A DNA stretch of 64,000 nucleotides from Negaprion brevirostris (GCA_030324005.1 JARDVH010000137.1:27723501-27787500), one strand, 5' to 3'; numbered from the stretch's first letter, positions 23,540 to 37,056 are shown. The notes: generated from the letters alone by a model not told the origin. Numbers and translations: made by a program.

Positions 23540-24800
23540 GAGTAGCAAGCATCAAAGGGAGCTTATCAAGAACAGGGAGGCAGTCAATGCTCACTGGAGA
23601 GAACATTTTATCAGCCAAGATTTATTTTTGACTTGATTGCGCTCAACTCTATTCCACAATATCCCATCTAACTCCGTCTCATTGCTACCTGGTCCAGAGC
23701 AATGTCATTCGACAGTAAAAAAAACACGGACTCTGGAGCAGATGGAATCCCTGCTGAAATTCTGAAACATGGCAGAGATACACCCTGGCACAGCTGCTAA
23801 CCTCAGATCCCTCAATGGAGGGACCTCAGGGACACTGTGATCATGACTATATTCAAGAAGGGGATCACAATAACTACAGAAGGGTCTCACTGCTGTCTGC
23901 CAAAACTAAGGATCCTTCTCAATCACCTCCTCTGAGTCGCTGAAGTACTCCTTTGAGAGTCACAGTGCAGTTTTTGTCCATCAGGATGCCTCATAGATAT
24001 AATCTGCACGGCACAGCACAGCAAAGCAAATTCAAAACCGTACAAGGAACAGCACTAATTGCTGTACGTAGCCTTACTTAACATCAAAAATACATTTGAA
24101 TCTGTCAACTTAGAAGGCTTGTGGGTAACCCTCAAATTTGGCTTTCTCAAATCTGTCACTATCTTCTGTCCACTCCACAGTGTGGAGATGCCAGTGTTGG
24201 ACTGGGGTAAACACAGTTAGAAGTTTCACAACAGCCGACAGAGGTCTCCGTGGCGCAGCAACCAAAGAGGACAGAGTCAANNNNNNNNNNNNNNNNNNNN
24301 NNNNNNNNNNNNNNNNNNNNNNNNNNNNNNNNNNNNNNNNNNNNNNNNNNNNNNNNNNNNNNNNNNNNNNNNNNNNNNNNGTGGCGCAGCAACCAAAGAG
24401 GAAAGAGTCAAATTGGACTCCTCTGGAAGGCCACTGCCCTCGACTTGACATGTATGCCCAAGTTGTCAGGAGGTGCTCCAATGTCAGATTCATCAGCTGC
24501 ACTCTAAAGACAGCCCCGAACATCACCCAAGCACAACACTATGCCATCCGTGCTCTCAAGACCAACTGCAACATTGTCATTACTCCACACTGACATGCAT
24601 GCCATGGTCCTCACCAACAAAACCTCATGAACTCTATCTCAGTCAAAAACAGGGTCAAACAAGACTGTACCATTGCATTGTACCTCTTCTCCATTTTCTT
24701 CATTGCATTACTGCAACAGCCCTCGAACAAATTATCCAGAGACATGGAGATAATCTGGACAATTGATGGGAAAGTGTTTCACCAATCCAAAACCAAAATC
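23540..24800 (+). mobile_element. Decayed RTE (BovB-like) LINE RT fragment
   Basis: SGADGIPAEILKHG, IMTIFKKG, NYRRVSLLS, ESQCSFC, RVKQDCTIA..LFSIF; interrupted by a Penelope insertion. Confidence 0.78.
24180..24581 (+). mobile_element. Penelope-like element fragment
   Basis: pLTR-type end GTGGAGATGCCAGTGTTGGACTGGGGTAAACACAG plus ORF KESNWTPLEG..LDMYAQ...NITQAQHYAIRALKTNCNIVI (just before the PLE KPADKG motif); 8-bp TSD ACTCCACA. Confidence 0.8.
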
Positions 24801-27451
24801 ATCCACTACTCTTTACCCCATCTTTGGCTTCCATTCTTCCTTCTATCGAGGCTCCATGTTTTGGGGAGTTGCCACCTGAATTCTCTCCACCTCCCTTTCC
24901 TACTTGAACATCCTTTATAAAACCTACCCCACTTGTCCTAATTTCTCCTTCATTTGGCACGGGGCCACTTTTCTAATTACACATCTGTGATGCGCTTTAG
25001 AAAGTTTTTCCACATCAATTGCACTACGTAAATGCAAGCTGTCTCCATAAATAGAATAAACACAGCACTTCACGTTCTTTAATGTATTATCCTTCACTGA
25101 ATGTGCACATTTCATACAGGGCACAATGCTACACTGTTTTATAATGTTACAATTAAAAGCAGATAATTTGACTCATATTTAATTGAAGCTTAACAATATA
25201 TTGATACTCCAGCTTCAAGTTATTAATCGGAGCGATTCAGAAGACTAATTTGATGGTATGTTTATTCTGTCGTGAATTCTGCACCAGTTTTCACATGGGA
25301 AAAAAAATCAATTTTTTTCTACAGTATCTGACAGAGCTCCTGTTGACAGAAAATACTAATGCTCACATGGCTCCCCTTTGGCAGCTGTGCCGCTACTGAG
25401 CTGTCTGAACAGTGATGACAATATATGTGACTACCAATTAGTGACATTCCAGTGGGACCCTGCAACCAAGCACCAAAAAATGTCTTTGGAAAACAAGTTC
25501 AGTCAGCATCCGGGAACCAGCAAAAGTTTTGTCAGTGGGATGTGAGTGAATCGAAGAAGAAAATTGAAGTTTGGGGTTGTGGCTCTGCAGAAATGACCAA
25601 ACTGTAAATGACTGAACATCAACGCTTTAGAGCTATCATAAGCATGTTCCTGGTGACAAAATTACCCACAATATATCAGGTTGATACACGGGGGTGGGGG
25701 GCACATTTTTACCTAATCCACCTGATGGAATCAGATTGGTTGTGCATTTTATTTCCCGCTGGATTTCAGCTCAGTAACTGAAACACAGGTAACTGATTTC
25801 ATCTCATCAGTCAAATTAAGTTGAAATTGTCCCTTATATTTTCAGTTGTTTGACTGAGCACTAAAAGCTTCACTTAGCCCCAAACACTGACTTTCCACCA
25901 TGAGAAAAATACTACAGAAATCCTTTCATAATCCTTCCCCCTCCTCTGGGAGTGTTGTTATCTAAGGTCCCAAGCTGAGCCTCCAAGCTTGAGATGTCAT
26001 GGTCTTCACAGTCAATTTTCCAGCTTTTCATAAGCAGGCGCCTTTATTGATTAGTCCGGCCTTTCTGTAACATTTTAGTGATTCTCAAGCCTTCATGCTG
26101 CAAATGTTCTACAGACCCAGTTGATAGTTCTGAAATTTGCATTAAATTGGTACAATGGCTCTCGGCTTCAGAAGAAACTTAGCCATATTGCTCAGAGGGA
26201 GGTACAATTTGGATTCTGTCGGGAAGGCTTCAAATCCTTGAAGTGTCCTGAGAACAATTTGTCAACTCTCAAACTGACAGGCAAGAAATCTTGTGGGATT
26301 TAGTCAGAGAGCCAAGAGCCTAAGATTTGATTCTGACCATCCTGTCCAACAAACTAGGCTTTATTTTTGCATGATTCTGCTCTATGTTCATCAATATTCA
26401 TCAATCTGTATGAGCTCTCAATCCATTGAGCCCTGGGACAAGGAAAATCCTGAATTGTTACTTCCTAATCTCCTCTATACCCATCCATAACTCATAAATT
26501 GTATTTATTTCAATTCTTCAAACCTATATGGCAATACAATTTTCTCCCCATCTCCAATGATTGCCCAACACTGGCAGGCAGGGATCAGGAAATGGACCTG
26601 TTCTGCTGGAACTTACTCAGTGTTTAAAGTCATGACAGGAATGATGTTCACATATTTGTGTACGAGCATATTGCAATGATAGTAAAGTGATGGTAGTACA
26701 TTATCCAAAGCGTGTTTTATCACATGCATTACAGAAGGGAACACTGGACAGGGCCCCATATTAGGTGCAGGGATCAGGATGCTTACTCGGTGCACGTGCT
26801 TCAATAAAGGTAGCACCCAAATCTCTTGCTGACTGCCAATTGAAATGATTGTCGCATGCAACACGTAGCTAAGTGCACCGTTGAATGGTTGTACGACTGA
26901 ACATGGGGGCATAAAATTATGAGAGGCTGGCACAAATTAAAGCTGGAAATAAAATTAGAAAAATCTAGAAATAGCCAGCAGGTCAGGCAGCACCTGTGGA
27001 AAGGGAATCAGTGTTACCAGTTCAGGACTGTTGATGGAATTTACTGGTGCTGCTAAAATCAGTGGACTTTTGGCTGGCTCGCTGCATCCACCACCACAGG
27101 GAGCAGAAAATCACGCCTTCTGCCCCTTTAATCAAAGTTTGGTCTAGTTCCTTCAATGGAAGCTGAGACTTTGGTAATGTGAGCTCAGAGATTAGTCTGC
27201 TGTCATTGAGGCTGCGGATAGTAGTGTTGAGGGGAACTTGGAGGACATGATAGCAGCCTGGCAATCTGCCCTCCAACAGATTTTTAGAATTGTTTGGCAG
27301 CTCCACTGTGGGAAACATGGGCGAGGCCGAAACAAGACACTGCTGGAATGACAGTACGTCCTGTTGAGGAAGAGAAGCCAATTGGAGACCTGGACCTGCA
27401 GGTAAGTCTGGCATCAATCAAGAGAAAGACCTGGGTAAGAGGGCATGGAGT

Positions 27452-27693
27452 GTAGAATTCCTATGCAGGAGGCCATTCAGCCCATTGAGCCTGCACCAAC
27501 AACAATCCCACCCAGACCTCATCCTGCGTATTTACCCTTCTAAACCCCCTGACACTAAGGGGCAATTTAGCATGGGCAATCAACCCAACCAACACATCTT
27601 TGGACTGTGCAAGGAAACTGGAGCACCCGGAGGAAACCCATTCAGACATGGGGAGAATGTGCAAACTCTGCACAGACAGTGACTCAAGTCAGG
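27452..27693 (-). mobile_element. HE1-type V-SINE (runs into a gap)
   Basis: V domain and CR1-like tail. Confidence 0.85.
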
Positions 27694-28789
27694 NNNNNNN
27701 NNNNNNNNNNNNNNNNNNNNNNNNNNNNNNNNNNNNNNNNNNNNNNNNNNNNNNNNNNNNNNNNNNNNNNNNNNNNNNNNNNNNNNNNNNNNNNNNNNNN
27801 NNNNNNNNNNNNNNNNNNNNNNNNNNNNNNNNNNNNNNNNNNNNNNNNNNNNNNNNNNNNNNNNNNNNNNNNNNNNNNNNNNNNNNNNNNNNNNNNNNNN
27901 NNNNNNNNNNNNNNNNNNNNNNNNNNNNNNNNNNNNNNNNNNNNNNNNNNNNNNNNNNNNNNNNNNNNNNNNNNNNNNNNNNNNNNNNNNNNNNNNNNNN
28001 NNNTCTCCATCACCAGTAGAGTACTCACAGGGGCATACAGGATTGGCTATGTGGTGGCCACAGTGCTGCTGGCACACTGCTCAATTTTGCAACACTCACC
28101 CCCACCTTCCAATCTGCCCTGAGGAAGTGTAAGTTGTCAGCCAACAAGCCTAGAACCATTTATTGGAATTTGGATAGTCCAGTGATTTGTGAATCTGAAC
28201 AATAGCTAGTCAAAGGAAATCATCACACTGTATGTGATTCCATTTGTTACTTTTAACATTGATTTAACATGGCACACAACATTAAAACAATTCACACAAA
28301 CATCAATAAATGCAGTCTTCTTCAATTCCAAAGAAGAGACAAATTAAACTCAAAACATTAACTCTGTTTCTCTCTCTTCTGCGGTTGCCAGAGCTGTTGA
28401 GTTTTTCCAGCAGTTTCTCTTTTTATTTCAGATTTCTGAATTTGCTATGAGATCAATGCAACCTTTAAACAGCGCAGCTCAGCATCAAGGCAGATAGGTG
28501 ATCAGTTCTCCCGCAACCTTGGAGCCTTTCACATCTTGTTCCTGGAAATGGTTCCTCTCGATGAAGCTTCTCAAGGTTCCTCCGACTGCAGGAAATTACT
28601 GTCATGATGTCCACTTTTTATATAACGTTAATGATTGAGGTGCGTTAAAATGCTGAGAAGTCCCCTTTTGGCCACTCATCCATGAATGGTGGACAGTTCA
28701 CTGCACCACTCAAAATCATGTGATCCAAGATGCAGTCTTTCTATTGGGTGAAAGCTTCTATTGCCTCTTTGTTTTTCTTTGTTGACGGG

Positions 28790-31700
28790 ATGTGACTGTT
28801 GCTGCCAAAGGTGGCATTTATTGCCATCTGTAAGTGCTCTTTAGAAGGTGGTGATAAATGGTCATTTCGAACTGCTGGAATTTTCCATTATTTCCACAGC
28901 CCACTTTTCTCACCCTATTGCGCATCACTCTGGGCTAAAGAAATCTCCCGGAGCGACCCACATCACTTGGTGGTGGGCAACATTGGCTCTACAGAGATCG
29001 GGGCGCTCTTGTGAAAGAGGAGAAGGAGGACACTCTGCTTTCTCCTATGGATAAGGGGAACAACTCCCACGTGTACAGGGGAAAGCCTTCCATGTCAAAG
29101 GAGAGCTCTCCTGCCCTCAACGGAGCTTTCCAGAGGGCCCCAGCACTGCTCCCAGGGGCAGTGCCAAGGCAGAACAAGGGCAGTACAACAGTATTCCAGG
29201 GGGCAGTGTTAGGGTACTGCCAGGCCATGACCTTCTCCCCACAGGAGGGCTACACTTACCCATTTCCCCTTCCTTTGCCTGGTTTATATTTTTGAAAAGT
29301 AGTTATGACTCTTGCCAATGTGAGATCATATCAGCAAGGAGGGAATTCCAAATGTGAGGGGAGGGGTGGAAACGAAACAGCAGGGAGGTTTGCTAATTAG
29401 ATTAAAAGTTATTGAAATTACCTCCTCAACTTTCCCAGGCAGGAATCTCACTATGTCAACGATGAGGGACGGGGAGAATCAGAAACCGAGATCTTGCCAG
29501 CGAGGTTCTCATTTTCCAAATCTCACAAGAGTTTAATGAGAGTTGCTCCCCATGTCGCTGTTTGCTCTCATGGCGAACACTGGCGTAAAATCATAGTATC
29601 ATACAGGAATGCCCAGTGCTGTTCAGAAGTGAGTTCTAAGTTTTGACCCAGTGACAGTAAAGGAGCAGCAATACATTTCCAAGCCAGGAAGGTGTGTGAT
29701 TTGGAGAGGAACTTATAGATGGTGTTGTCCCCTTGCACCTGCTGCCCCTGTCCTTCTAGCTCAAAGGCTGTGGGCCTGGAAGGTGCTGTTCAAGGAAGCT
29801 TGGTGAGTTTCTGCAATGTATCTTGCACATGTACACACTGTATCCACTGTGCGTCAGTGGTCGAGCAAATTAATGTTCAGGTGGTAGGTGCCAATCAAGT
29901 GAGCTGCTTTATCCTGAATGGTGTTGAGATTTATGAGTATTGTTGCAACTGCACTCATCCAGGCATAGAGTAAATATTTCATCACACTCCTGACCTGTGC
30001 CTTGTAGATGGTGGATAGACTTTGGGGAGTCAAGTGCTGGATTACTGGCCTCAGAATTCCCAGCCTCTGACCTGCTCTTGTAGCCACAGTACTTGTACGG
30101 CAGATCTAGTTCAGTTTCTGGTAAATGGTAACCACCAGGATGCTGAGTGTGGGAGATTCAGCTGTAGGTAATGTCATTAAATGTCAGAGCAGACGGTTAA
30201 ATTCTCTCTAGTTGAGGATAGTCATTGCTTGGCACTTGTGTGGTGAGAATGTTAGTCGCCACTTATCAGCCCAAGACAGAATATTGTTCACATCTTGTAT
30301 CATACGGACGTAGACTGCTCCAATATCTGAGGACGCACAAATGGTACTGAACACTGTGTGACCAACAGCGAACAACTGTACTTCTGATCTTATGATGGAG
30401 GGAAGGTCATTGTTGAAGCAGCTGAAGATAGCTTGGCTTACAACTCTACCCTGAGAACTCCTGCAGCAGTGATGTCCCAGCACTGACATGCTGACTTCCA
30501 ATAATTGCAACCATTCTCATTTATGTATGATAGGACTCTGACAGTGAAGAGTCTCCCCCAGATACGCATTGATTCCAGTTTTCGTAGGGCTCCTTGATGT
30601 CCAATCACCCCTACCTTGATGTCAAGGCAGTGACCCTCACCTCGCCTCTTGAGTTCTGCTCTTTTGCCTGTGTTTGGATTAGGGCTGTAATGAGGTCAGG
30701 GGCTGAGTGACCCAAGCAGGATGTAAACTAACCATTAGTGAACAGGTTATTGCTGATTAAGTGCTGCTTGATAGCATTGCTGACAACCCTTCCCATTACT
30801 TTGCCGACGGTTGAGAGTAGATGGATGGGGTGCTAATTTGCCGGGTTGGATTTGTCCTGCTTTTTTAATTGACAGAACATACCTGGGCAATTTTCCACAT
30901 TGCCAGATGGATATCAGTTTTGTAGCTGCACTGAAACAGCTTGGCCAGGGACACAGATAATATTGGAGCAAAAGTCTTCAGTACTATTGCCAGAATGCTG
31001 TCAGAGCCCATAGCCTTTGTAATATCCAGTGCCTTCAGCCATTCCTGCATATTACACGGAGTGAATCAAATTGGCTCAAGTCTGGCATCTGTAATGCTGT
31101 GGATCTCAGGGGGAGGCCAAGATGAATCATCTACTTGGCACATCTGGCTGAAGATGGTTGTGATTGCTTCAACCTTGTTGTGGAGTCATAAAGCCATTAT
31201 GGTAAGAAGGAGGCCATTCACCCCATCTCATTCATGCTGGCTGTCTGTAGAGCAATCTCGTCAGCCCCATTGCGCTGGTGTGTAGAGTGCCCAGGTTTGT
31301 CTCCCAAAAGTGCCTACCCAATTTCCTTTGGAAATCATTCACTGTCTTGTTTCCACCACCCCTCCATCAGCAGCGTGTTCCAGGTCATTGCTACTTGCCG
31401 CAGAACAAAATTTCTCTTTACATCCCCCAGCATCACCAGGGTCAGCCATTTCATGCAGCAATGAGTAGTAAGTGGTTTCAGGAGGGGCCTCTGCCCCTCA
31501 CCCAGGAGGAAGTTTAAACTTCCAGTCAATGTGATTGATCACCAGGTCTCTAGTTCCTGCAGCTTAGGATCTGGACAAGATTGGGACTGCAGGCAGTCAC
31601 CAGGTTGATACCTCATTTTTATGTACGCCTGTTGCTGCTCCTGGCATGCTCTTCTGCACTCGCCGTTGAACTGGGGATGACTCCTCCAGCGCTGCTGGAG

Positions 31701-32130
31701 AGAAATACATCAGGTGTCAGTCAGATCCTGACACTTTGCCAAGTTCTGTAAGATCATCCCTAGTATATTTTTCCATCTTGTTGGTTCCCTCACCAATGGC
31801 TGTAGTGCCAGTCTAGCAGTTGTGGCCTCAGCCAGCACGGTCTGTGGGTGGAACTACTGAGGCACTGAGGTCCCCAACCAAGAGTATGTTCTGCGCTCTT
31901 GCTGCCCTCAGTGCTTCCTCCAAGTGGAGTTCAATGTTGAGGAGCTGAGAAAGGACAGTCGGGGGTAATCAGCAGGAGGTTTCCATCCCCAGGTTTGTAA
32001 TGATGTCAATGAGATGTCAGTGAATTCAGAGACAACGTTGAGTACTCCCAGGACAATTCCTTCCCGACTGTATCCCACACTGTGCTGTCCACTTTTGATG
32101 TATGCCAGGATNNNNNNNNNNCTGGTTTTT
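28790..32130 (-). mobile_element. Decayed CR1/L2-clade LINE, partner of the tRNA SINE
   Basis: LKALDITKAMGSDSI, MWKIAQV, FSCFNNDLPSIIRSEVQLFA, SWADKWRLTFSPHKCQAMTI, RAGQRLGILR, STIYKAQVRSVMKY; tail near 28810. Nested MITE at about 28895-29590 and CR1 3' end at about 31190-31560. Confidence 0.85.
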
Positions 32131-32149
32131 TGGCATATTGTAGCGGCTC

Positions 32150-32320
32150 GTTACAACCAAATGGCTAGCTAGGCCATTTCAGAGGAAGAGTCAATCACAT
32201 TGCTGTGGCTCTGGAGTCGCATGCAGGCCAGGCCAGGTAAGGATGGCAGATTTCCTTCCCAAAGCACATTAATGAACGAGATGAGGTTTCTTAAAAAAAA
32301 AAATTGACAATGGTTTGATG
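32150..32320 (-). mobile_element. tRNA-derived SINE core (5' part resumes at 33471-33585)
   Basis: CACATTGCTGTGGCTCTGGAGTC..GGCAGATTTCCTTCCC; split by a GC-rich MITE (about 32320-32765) and a gap. Confidence 0.75.
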
Positions 32321-33989
32321 AGTCACGATTCTCCCATTGCACTGCAATAATCAGTGGGCCAGGAGATTGTTGCAACGGCCGATTTACTGGGTTCATGTGC
32401 GCGTTCGTGCCTCCCTAGCATCTCCCAGCGCTGGATTTCCAGCGGCATCTGCTGAATGGTGGGGAAGTGCAAAGACTATTTAAATGGTCATTTTAATCTT
32501 ATTTGATAGTGATTAGTGGGCCCAGGATTGAAGTCGCCGGCCTGCAAGCATCTCTTCCCCTCCCCCGCCAGAGTGGCTCACTCCAGCGGCTCCCCACTTC
32601 TGGTGGGCTAGTGACCTGACCCCACTGGCAAGAAGTCGGGGGGCAATTGGGGCCTCCCAGGAAGGTCGGGTAGCAGGGGGTGCCCTCTGGACATGTCCCA
32701 TGAGCAGTGCCAGGGGCACACGCTGGCACTCCACCAAAGTGCCAATGTTCAGAGGGCATGGTGAANNNNNNNNNNNNNNNNNNNNNNNNNNNNNNNNNNN
32801 NNNNNNNNNNNNNNNNNNNNNNNNNNNNNNNNNNNNNNNNNNNNNNNNNNNNNNNNNNNNNNNNNNNNNNNNNNNNNNNNNNNNNNNNNNNNNNNNNNNN
32901 NNNNNNNNNNNNNNNNNNNNNNNNNNNNNNNNNNNNNNNNNNNNNNNNNNNNNNNNNNNNNNNNNNNNNNNNNNNNNNNNNNNNNNNNNNNNNNNNNNNN
33001 NNNNNNNNNNNNNNNNNNNNNNNNNNNNNNNNNNNNNNNNNNNNNNNNNNNNNNNNNNNNNNNNNNNNNNNNNNNNNNNNNNNNNNNNNNNNNNNNNNNN
33101 NNNNNNNNNNNNNNNNNNNNNNNNNNNNNNNNNNNNNNNNNNNNNNNNNNNNNNNNNNNNNNNNNNNNNNNNNNNNNNNNNNNNNNNNNNNNNNNNNNNN
33201 NNNNNNNNNNNNNNNNNNNNNNNNNNNNNNNNNNNNNNNNNNNNNNNNNNNNNNNNNNNNNNNNNNNNNNNNNNNNNNNNNNNNNNNNNNNNNNNNNNNN
33301 NNNNNNNNNNNNNNNNNNNNNNNNNNNNNNNNNNNNNNNNNNNNNNNNNNNNNNNNNNNNNNNNNNNNNNNNNNNNNNNNNNNNNNNNNNNNNNNNNNNN
33401 NNNNNNNNNNNNNNNNNNNNNNNNNNNNNNNNNNNNNNNNNNNNNNNNNNNNNNNNNNNNNNNNNNNNNNTGAGCTTAATTCCACATTTCATGAACTGAA
33501 TTTAAATTCTGCCAGCTGCCATGGTGAGATCTGAACCCATCGCCAGGGAGCATTAGCCTGGCCTCCTGGATTACTAGACCAGTGTGAAATTAAGTGATGT
33601 GCTGCAGTTGTCTTTCTCAAGGATTCTTAACTGTTTCAACACATTTTATCCGACTCAGTTGTTTTGAGAATCAAGGCCTGTTTAAAACTTCTGTACATTT
33701 CTGTCTTTGTAGTTTAAACGTACGGCAGTAGACATTCCCTTGCAGGGCATTGCTGCAGATAGTGCTACAGAAGCATTTAACCATGTCAATGAGGTGTCTT
33801 CCTGTGTGGCATTCTCTGAGGAGTAGTTTAGGGCTAAGAAATCCTTGAAACAATCCTGACCAGACACAGGCTGACCAGCCAGCGTGATACCAGGATCCCT
33901 ATTTTGGGCAAAGTTTGTGTTGAATTCCAATTTGTAGACAATTCTGTCAACAGCAAATGGTCTGCTGCAAGGTGGCCCCTGTAGTAGCA

Positions 33990-34150
33990 ATATTAAAAGG
34001 AGCCCCTTCACTGTTGCTGGGTCAAAATCCTGGAAATTCCATCCTAACAGCACTGTAGATATACCTTAACACGAAGATCGCCGCAGTTCAAGAAGGCAGC
34101 TCACCACCGCACTCTTGAGGGCAGTTAGGGGATGGTCAATAAAATATATA
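33990..34150 (+). mobile_element. CR1/L2-clade LINE 3' end
   Basis: CCTTCACTGTTGCTGGGTCAAAATCCTGGAA...TTCAAGAAGGCAGCTCACCACC..GGGCAGTTAGGGGATGG. Confidence 0.75.
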
Positions 34151-35849
34151 TTATGGCCTGCTCCCTGCTATCCAAATTGTAAAGTAAGATCATTTTTATG
34201 AACATTTCTCATACAAAATGTATTGAAGTCCTCTAGAGAGTGTTGTGGTGAGGTTTTTGATTTGCCAGAGAGTGATGCTGTATCTTCTTGATGTCGGGGG
34301 TAAGGAGGGTGTCTCTGGCTCTTCAGTGTGACAGGAAGGTGGCAGGAAGGCAATGGCGAGGACAGGCTTTGTGCCATGCCTGCTGTCGATTCCTCGAGTC
34401 GGATTCCTCTTTGCAAACAGACGGCTTTTTCGGAAAAGAAACACTAGTAGTGGGTTTGCTCAGCCATGCACCGCAGTAATTCAGCGCACCAAATCTGTAC
34501 GCTGGCCATGCACTAATGCACTATCCATCATTACCACATGCCTGAAAAATCAGGGTAACTCAGTGTCTAGCCCACAATATCAATNNNNNNNNNNNNNNNN
34601 NNNNNNNNNNNNNNNNNNNNNNNNNNNNNNNNNNNNNNNNNNNNNNNNNNNNNNNNNNNNNNNNNNNNNNNNNNNNNNNNNNNNAATATCAATATATAAT
34701 GTGCAAAGAGGCAAATTTAATCCTTCCCTTCATGCTTTCTGATCCATTACCTAAAAATTACCCTAAATTGCTCGAAAGACACAGGTGTCCTTTGATATCA
34801 GATTAACAGATATACGATGTGACACTGTAATTAACTATTAACAAGATAATTAACGAGAGTACTATTAGTTGAGTCGTGTATTGAATCCTTTTAACATTAT
34901 GCACACAGTCTCAGGCGATAATGAAACCCTACGTTCCCGGGCAGAACTGCAACTCAAAAATGGTGTCACATTGTTATCCAATAGTCAAAGTGAACATTCA
35001 ACACATCTTTGATTCTGAGACAAGGAATCTTGGCTGGTCCTGGTGCTTACAATCAGCTCTGAAACATGGGCATTATTTGAAAACAAATGATTATATGAAT
35101 GTAATCAAATCTGTTTACATCACACATGGTCCTGCATTTAAATTGAGATTGCCTTCATGAGAAAAGTGCCTCCGTTTGGATGGGGAGAAGAGCCAGAATA
35201 ACCATTAGCCATTTTTTGTTGTGCAGATATTAAACAGAAGTGGCATAATGATGCATTTCAACAGGATTTACATCAAGCTGACGATCTGACAAGCAAAATA
35301 GGCTGGGTAAGCACTTTTGAAAAGTGAAATGAAAATGTGCCCTTTTAAAAAAATAAGCTTTTGGAAACAAATTGATTTTAAGTCTGTCCAAAGTGCATAA
35401 TTTTACTGGTGCATTATAAACGATGGGTGTTAATGCCATTTGTAACCTTTGTTCCTATGAAAGAAAAACTCCCGTAATCTATCATCAGTGGCGTGGAATG
35501 TCATACATTATTCAATGGTTTGGGTAATTTGGCAGTAGTTTCTGGTCCTGTTGAGTGCACGAGGCATTAAATAACATCAACCTGCTGATCAAATGCAGAA
35601 AGCATTGAATAAATGTCAGCAAAAAAAAACCCTCATCACTGGCCAGGACACTACAACAAATAAAATGTTATTGATGCTAATAATAAATTCAAGAACTGCA
35701 CCTTTAATAATTCTGCCTCGGCTGATTAAAACAAATTGCGATCATTTTCATTACATTTTCGAGATCCACAATCTCAGAGGGCTAAGTTTGAAGTGCTGCA
35801 TTTTTTTTTGGAGAAATGACATGGAGAGGCAGGGTAATCTAAATGGTAT

Positions 35850-36290
35850 TATGTGAAGGACGGCTTGAGAGCTCAAGGCATCTGGGCCTGTATATTTACA
35901 AATCCCTGCAGCTGACAGGGCCGAGTAGCTGTTAAGGAAGTGTGCGAGATACTTGACTTTGTGAACAGGTCCATTGAATCTAACATCAAGAAAGGCCCGC
36001 AAAACATTCACAAATCACCAGTCAGGTCTCAGCTGGAGAATTGTGCACACAATCTAAGCACTCTCCTTTAGAATGAGTGTCACGGTCTCGCAGATGGTGC
36101 AATGAAGCAGTTTACCAGGAATGAGGGACTTCATTTATGTGAAGAGATTGAGGAGGCTGTTCTGACAGCAGACGATAAAAGGGGCCTATTAATGGTATTC
36201 AAAATTATGAAGTGTTTTGATTGAGCAAGTCAGGAGAAAAAAAGCTCATCTGGCAAGTGGGTCAGCAATTAAAGCTCGTAGATTCCACTG
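35850..36290 (+). mobile_element. Old CR1 LINE fragment
   Basis: Decayed motifs resembling YKSLVRPQLEYC, PGMRDFIYVKRL and VFKIMK. Confidence 0.6.
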
Positions 36291-36319
36291 AACCAGTAGT
36301 CGTGAGATGTGGTTCTCTT

Positions 36320-36870
36320 TGTAACCCTAATTCACTGATTGATTTTGCTTCCTGACCTCAGCGTGTCTGCTCAGTTGAGTTGGCTTTGTTAAGGTTTAAT
36401 TACCCACCAGTAACTGGTCAGACAATGCTCCAACCAAGATACAGACAACAATTCTATCCCATTAGTTGATTATTTAATTTGCCACCTTCACAGTTCTCTG
36501 CAAGACTATACAGATTGTTGATGAATGTATCAATATTTCTCTCTTGTCACTGCATGCTTATTAAACTTTGCCTGTTTGACAACGGTATTCATTCAGAGAT
36601 AGAAGCAAGATTCAAGTGCTTTTATTAATCTATTGTAGAGAGCCTTTTCTTCGTCGATCCCTTGTCTGACTAGGATGTCATCTGTACTATCACCCATTGC
36701 ATTTAATGGCACACTTCTCGCTACTCTGCTTATTCATGAAGCCCGATTCAGTTGATATCTGGCAAATCTTCAGTCACGCTGTTGCCTGGTTGAGACCTGC
36801 AGCCTGCTTGAGGCTTTCCAGTAACGACGGAGACTTTTCCACATTTACCCTTTCACTCGCTGCCCCCACA
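36320..36870 (-). mobile_element. Gypsy (Mag-like) gag fragment, paralogous to 7870-8420
   Basis: Shared blocks TTGTCTGACTAGGAT, GACTATACAGATTGT, GGTTGAGACCTGCA, CCTCAGC..CTGCTCAGTTGA; PBS-like TGGGGGCAGCG. Confidence 0.82.
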
Positions 36871-36892
36871 TAATGGCCGGCCATTCATGCCC

Positions 36893-37056
36893 AGTGGGAT
36901 TCTCTGGTCCTCATTGCAGCTTTCCCGGCAGCAGAGAGTGGATTCAGTGGGAAACCCCATTGACAGTGCTGAGGTCGGAGAATCTCACTACCAGCGAACA
37001 GCACACTGCTGCCCGCCACTGAGAAACACACAGCTGGGAGGCCAGAGAATCCCACT
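36893..37056. mobile_element. Short MITE
   Basis: Perfect 15-bp inverted repeat AGTGGGATTCTCTGG / CCAGAGAATCCCACT. Confidence 0.7.

Noticed and set aside
24250-24410. Repeat GTGGCGCAGCAACCAAAGAGGA.AGAGTCAA around a 100-N gap (superficially CRISPR-like)
   Set aside because: Only two copies flanking a gap inside a Penelope ORF; an assembly overlap in a eukaryotic genome.
25325-25541. Acceptor/donor pair (TTTCTACAG ... GAT|GTGAGT)
   Set aside because: Stops in all three frames; at most a non-coding exon.
26115-26201. Open 87-nt exon-like segment TQLIVLKFALNWYNG...
   Set aside because: Weak pyrimidine tract, weak donor and no recognisable homology.
32499-33534. Long ORFs of 247-328 aa in the ORF track (similar cases at 11.2, 15, 27.6 and 51.7 kb)
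   Set aside because: Made almost entirely of N-gap codons.
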